From positions 608,001 to 672,000 of the forward strand of contig CAVYTA010000005.1 in NCBI GenBank assembly GCA_963771355.1: a DNA stretch of 64,000 nucleotides, written 5' to 3'. The stretch is from an uncultured Candidatus Rokubacteria bacterium (lineage in GTDB: Bacteria > Methylomirabilota > Methylomirabilia > Rokubacteriales > CSP1-6). Position 1 is the first letter of the stretch. The number at the start of each line of letters is the position of its first letter. The notes below the pieces were generated by a model. The model had not been told where the DNA came from. It made no database searches and saw nothing but the letters and a program-made list of their open reading frames with translations. A program made the position numbers and the translations under genes. This document shows positions 61,479 through 64,000 of this stretch, one piece after another.

Positions 61479-62654
61479 GTGTTTCCGCTCCCCCCGCTGG
61501 GCCCGGAGCAGCGGGGCCTCGTCGACGCGGTGTCCGCTCTCTCCCGCGAGCGGTTCGCCGGCCGGGCCGCCCGGTACGACAGCGCCGCCGCGTTCCCCAC
61601 GGAGAACTACGCGGACCTCCACCAGGCGGGCCTGCTGGGCCTGGTGGTGCCGCGCGAGTACGGCGGGCGCGGCGCGGACCCGCTCACCTACGCGGTCTGC
61701 CTCCTCGAGATCGCCCGCGGCTGTGGCGCCACCGCGCTGACGTTCAACATGCACTCGAACGTGCTGACCTTCATCGACGCGCTGGGCACGCCCGCGCAGA
61801 AGCGTCACTACTTCGGCGAGGTGGTGGAGCGGGGCCGGCTGTTCGCCTCCATCACCAGCGAGCCGGAGTCGTCCTTCCGCGACAAGTTCGTGCTCCAGAC
61901 GGTGTTCCGGCCCGCGGAGGGTGGCTATCACGTGAGCGGGCTCAAGCACTTCTGCTCGCTGGGCGACGCCGCCGACTATTATTTCCTCTCCGGCGTCCTC
62001 GAGGGCAGCGCCAGCGCGCGCGACGGCCTCCTCTCCGCGGTGATCAACCGCGGGGATCCCGGCGTCAAGGTCGAGGGGACCTGGAACGCGATGGGGATGC
62101 GGGGGACCATCAGCCACTCGATCCGCTACGAGACCTTCGTGGGCGCGGACCAGGTGATCGGGGGGCCGGCCGGGCTCCTGGACATCGATCTCTCCGGCTT
62201 CGCCCTGGGCTATGCCGCGACCTACCTCGGCATCGGCGAGGCCGCCTTCGACTTCATCCTCGAGTTCGCGCGCACCAAGACCTTCAAGCCGTCCCCGCTG
62301 CCGCTCTCGCACCATCCGCTCACCCAGCGCACGCTCGCCGAGATGGGAACGGCCATCCGGGCCGCGCGCCTGCTCCTCTGGGAGGCGGCGCAGATCAAGG
62401 CCACCGGCGACCGCGCCGCCGCCACCCTGGCGGTGAGCCAGGCCAAGTATCTGGGCGCGGAGACGGGCGCGCGCGTGACCACCGAGGCCATCCGCCTCGC
62501 GGGCGGGCGCGGTATCCTCCGGGAGCTGCCCCTGGAGCGCTGGCACCGGGACTCCATGGCGGGTCCCGTGATGCCGCCCTCCAACGATCGCTGTCTGGAA
62601 ACCGTGGGCAAGGCCCTGTGCGGGCTGGAGGCGAGGTCGCTCGAATTCGAGTAG
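61479..62654 (+). CDS. acyl-CoA dehydrogenase-fold flavoprotein
   Basis: GLLGLVVPREYGGRG, SITSEP, GLKHFCS, WNAMGMRGT and LERWHRD motifs. Confidence 0.88.
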   Translation: MFPLPPLGPEQRGLVDAVSALSRERFAGRAARYDSAAAFPTENYADLHQAGLLGLVVPREYGGRGADPLTYAVCLLEIARGCGATALTFNMHSNVLTFIDALGTPAQKRHYFGEVVERGRLFASITSEPESSFRDKFVLQTVFRPAEGGYHVSGLKHFCSLGDAADYYFLSGVLEGSASARDGLLSAVINRGDPGVKVEGTWNAMGMRGTISHSIRYETFVGADQVIGGPAGLLDIDLSGFALGYAATYLGIGEAAFDFILEFARTKTFKPSPLPLSHHPLTQRTLAEMGTAIRAARLLLWEAAQIKATGDRAAATLAVSQAKYLGAETGARVTTEAIRLAGGRGILRELPLERWHRDSMAGPVMPPSNDRCLETVGKALCGLEARSLEFE

Positions 62655-62703
62655 CGGTCCCCATCGAAGGCTCACTCAACCACTAGTTCAAGGAGGCAAG
62701 ACG

Positions 62704-63939
62704 ATGGCGCCGATTACACGTCGCAAGTTCCTGGCCGGGACGGGCGTTGCCGCGGGCGCGGTGGCGGCCCAGGGTTGGTTCCCCGCGGTGCTGCGGGCCC
62801 AGACGGACCCCCTCCGCATCGGCTGTCCGCTGCCGCTGACCGGGCCCTTCGCGGCCCTCGCCGCGGACATGCAGCGGGGCGCCCAGCTCGCGCAGGACGA
62901 GCTGAACGGGAAGGGCGGCATCATGGGCCGCAAGGTGGAGGTGCTCTTCCGCGACGACCAGCTCAAGCCGGCGGTGGGCGCCCAGCGCACCAAGGAGCTG
63001 ATCGAGAACGAGAAGGTGCAGTTCATCGTGGGCGGACTCGCCGCGCACGTGCAGATGGCGATCAATGAGCAGACGAAGAAGTCCAACGTGCTGTTCATCT
63101 CCACCAGCCAGTCCGACGAGATCAGCGCCAAGCCCGACACCAGCCCCATCACCTTCCACGAGGCGCTCAATCCCACCATTACTTCCAGAGTGATGGGGAA
63201 ATGGACGTGCGACAACCTCGGCAAGAAGTGGTGGATCATCTACGCCGACTACGCCTGGGGCAAGCAGAACAACCAGGTGTTGCAGGACACGCTGAAGGCG
63301 AACGGCGGGACGCTGCTCGGCTCGACGCCGTACCCGCTGGGCAGCGCGGAGTTCTCGGCGCACCTCCCCAAGATCCAGGCCGCCAAGCCCGACGTGCTCA
63401 TGTCGGTCACGCCCGGCGCCGACAACATCGCCTTCCTCAAGCAGGCGCGCAGCTTCGGCATGGACAAGCAGATGAAGCTCGCCCAGCCGCTGCTGTGGAT
63501 CGCGTACCTGAAGGAAGGCGGCCCCGAGCTCTACCAGGACGTACACGGGGCGCTGAACTGGTACTGGGAGCTCCAGGAGAGCATTCCCACCGCCAAGAAG
63601 TTCGTGGAAGCGTCCATGAAGAAGTTCAACATGCCGCCCGGTGACTACGGCGCGTACTCGTACTCGGGCGTGATGGAAGTCGCGCGGGGCGTCGAGCTGG
63701 CCAAGTCCACCAACGCGGAGACGGTGGCCAACGCGCTGCGGAAGAGCCCCACCTACGATCACTTCAAGGGCAAGCAGTGGTGGCGGGCCTGCGACAACAA
63801 GTCCTTCCAGGATATGTGGATCATGAAGGGGCGCGGCCCCGGCAAGACCAAGGGGGAGTGGGGACTGGCCGACATCGTGGCCAAGGTGGCCGCCGACGAG
63901 AAGTACGACCGCACCTGCGCCGAGAAGGGCCACGCCTAG
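62704..63939 (+). CDS. branched-chain amino acid-type ABC substrate-binding protein, Tat-exported
   Basis: ITRRKFL Tat motif; PLTGP, GGIMGRK..DD and DYAWG motifs. Confidence 0.9.
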   Translation: MAPITRRKFLAGTGVAAGAVAAQGWFPAVLRAQTDPLRIGCPLPLTGPFAALAADMQRGAQLAQDELNGKGGIMGRKVEVLFRDDQLKPAVGAQRTKELIENEKVQFIVGGLAAHVQMAINEQTKKSNVLFISTSQSDEISAKPDTSPITFHEALNPTITSRVMGKWTCDNLGKKWWIIYADYAWGKQNNQVLQDTLKANGGTLLGSTPYPLGSAEFSAHLPKIQAAKPDVLMSVTPGADNIAFLKQARSFGMDKQMKLAQPLLWIAYLKEGGPELYQDVHGALNWYWELQESIPTAKKFVEASMKKFNMPPGDYGAYSYSGVMEVARGVELAKSTNAETVANALRKSPTYDHFKGKQWWRACDNKSFQDMWIMKGRGPGKTKGEWGLADIVAKVAADEKYDRTCAEKGHA

Positions 63940-63959
63940 CGGCGGAGCCCACCCGCGCC

Positions 63960-64000
63960 ATGGGTGATCTTTCGCTCGCCGCCGTCCTGCCCCAGATCTT
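63960..64000 (+). CDS. 5' fragment, probably the cognate ABC permease
   Basis: ATG 63960 gives MGDLSLAAVLPQI.., immediately after the SBP gene; truncated by the window edge. Confidence 0.4.
   Translation, partial: MGDLSLAAVLPQI

Overview
Very GC-rich (roughly 70% by eye), gene-dense bacterial chromosomal segment. The gene repertoire is reminiscent of soil lineages such as Candidatus Rokubacteria, but this is an inference and not provable here. No rRNA, tRNA, CRISPR array, transposase or phage gene was seen. Blocks: (1) 1-11992, minus strand: one apparently co-transcribed lipid operon, shc - mlaE/F/D/C-like transporter - PEP-mutase-like/nucleotidyltransferase fusion with a non-canonical EDNIFPKKCS loop - phosphonopyruvate-decarboxylase-like alpha/beta (frameshifted at a palindromic repeat) - cytidylyltransferase - CDP-alcohol phosphotransferase - HpnL-like flippase - inositol-3-phosphate synthase - start of a probable MMPL/HpnN protein. 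(2) 12492-19859, plus strand: divergent hopanoid operon (hpnH, small hypothetical, hpnG, hpnA, hpnD, a deleted and an intact Zn-dehydrogenase, ispH, FAH hydrolase). (3) Truncated beta-propeller gene, EF-G paralogue, threonine synthase. (4) 24176-31312: sulfur-redox cluster (FccB/FccA-like, TauE, 4Fe-4S/NrfD fusion, Mo-enzyme without a Tat signal). (5) 33306-45145: TCA superoperon (acn, icd, mdh, two-subunit fumarase, Sdh with a Cys/His-rich anchor, sucCD, ndk). (6) 45142-64000: LLM oxidoreductases, aryl-CoA ligase, ABC transporters, biotin carboxylase/BCCP, small hypotheticals, orphan CoxL/XdhB-type subunit, acyl-CoA-dehydrogenase-fold enzyme. The best candidate for an undescribed system is block 1+2: a hopanoid locus fused to a phosphonate/inositol head-group pathway and its own Mla/Mce transporter.
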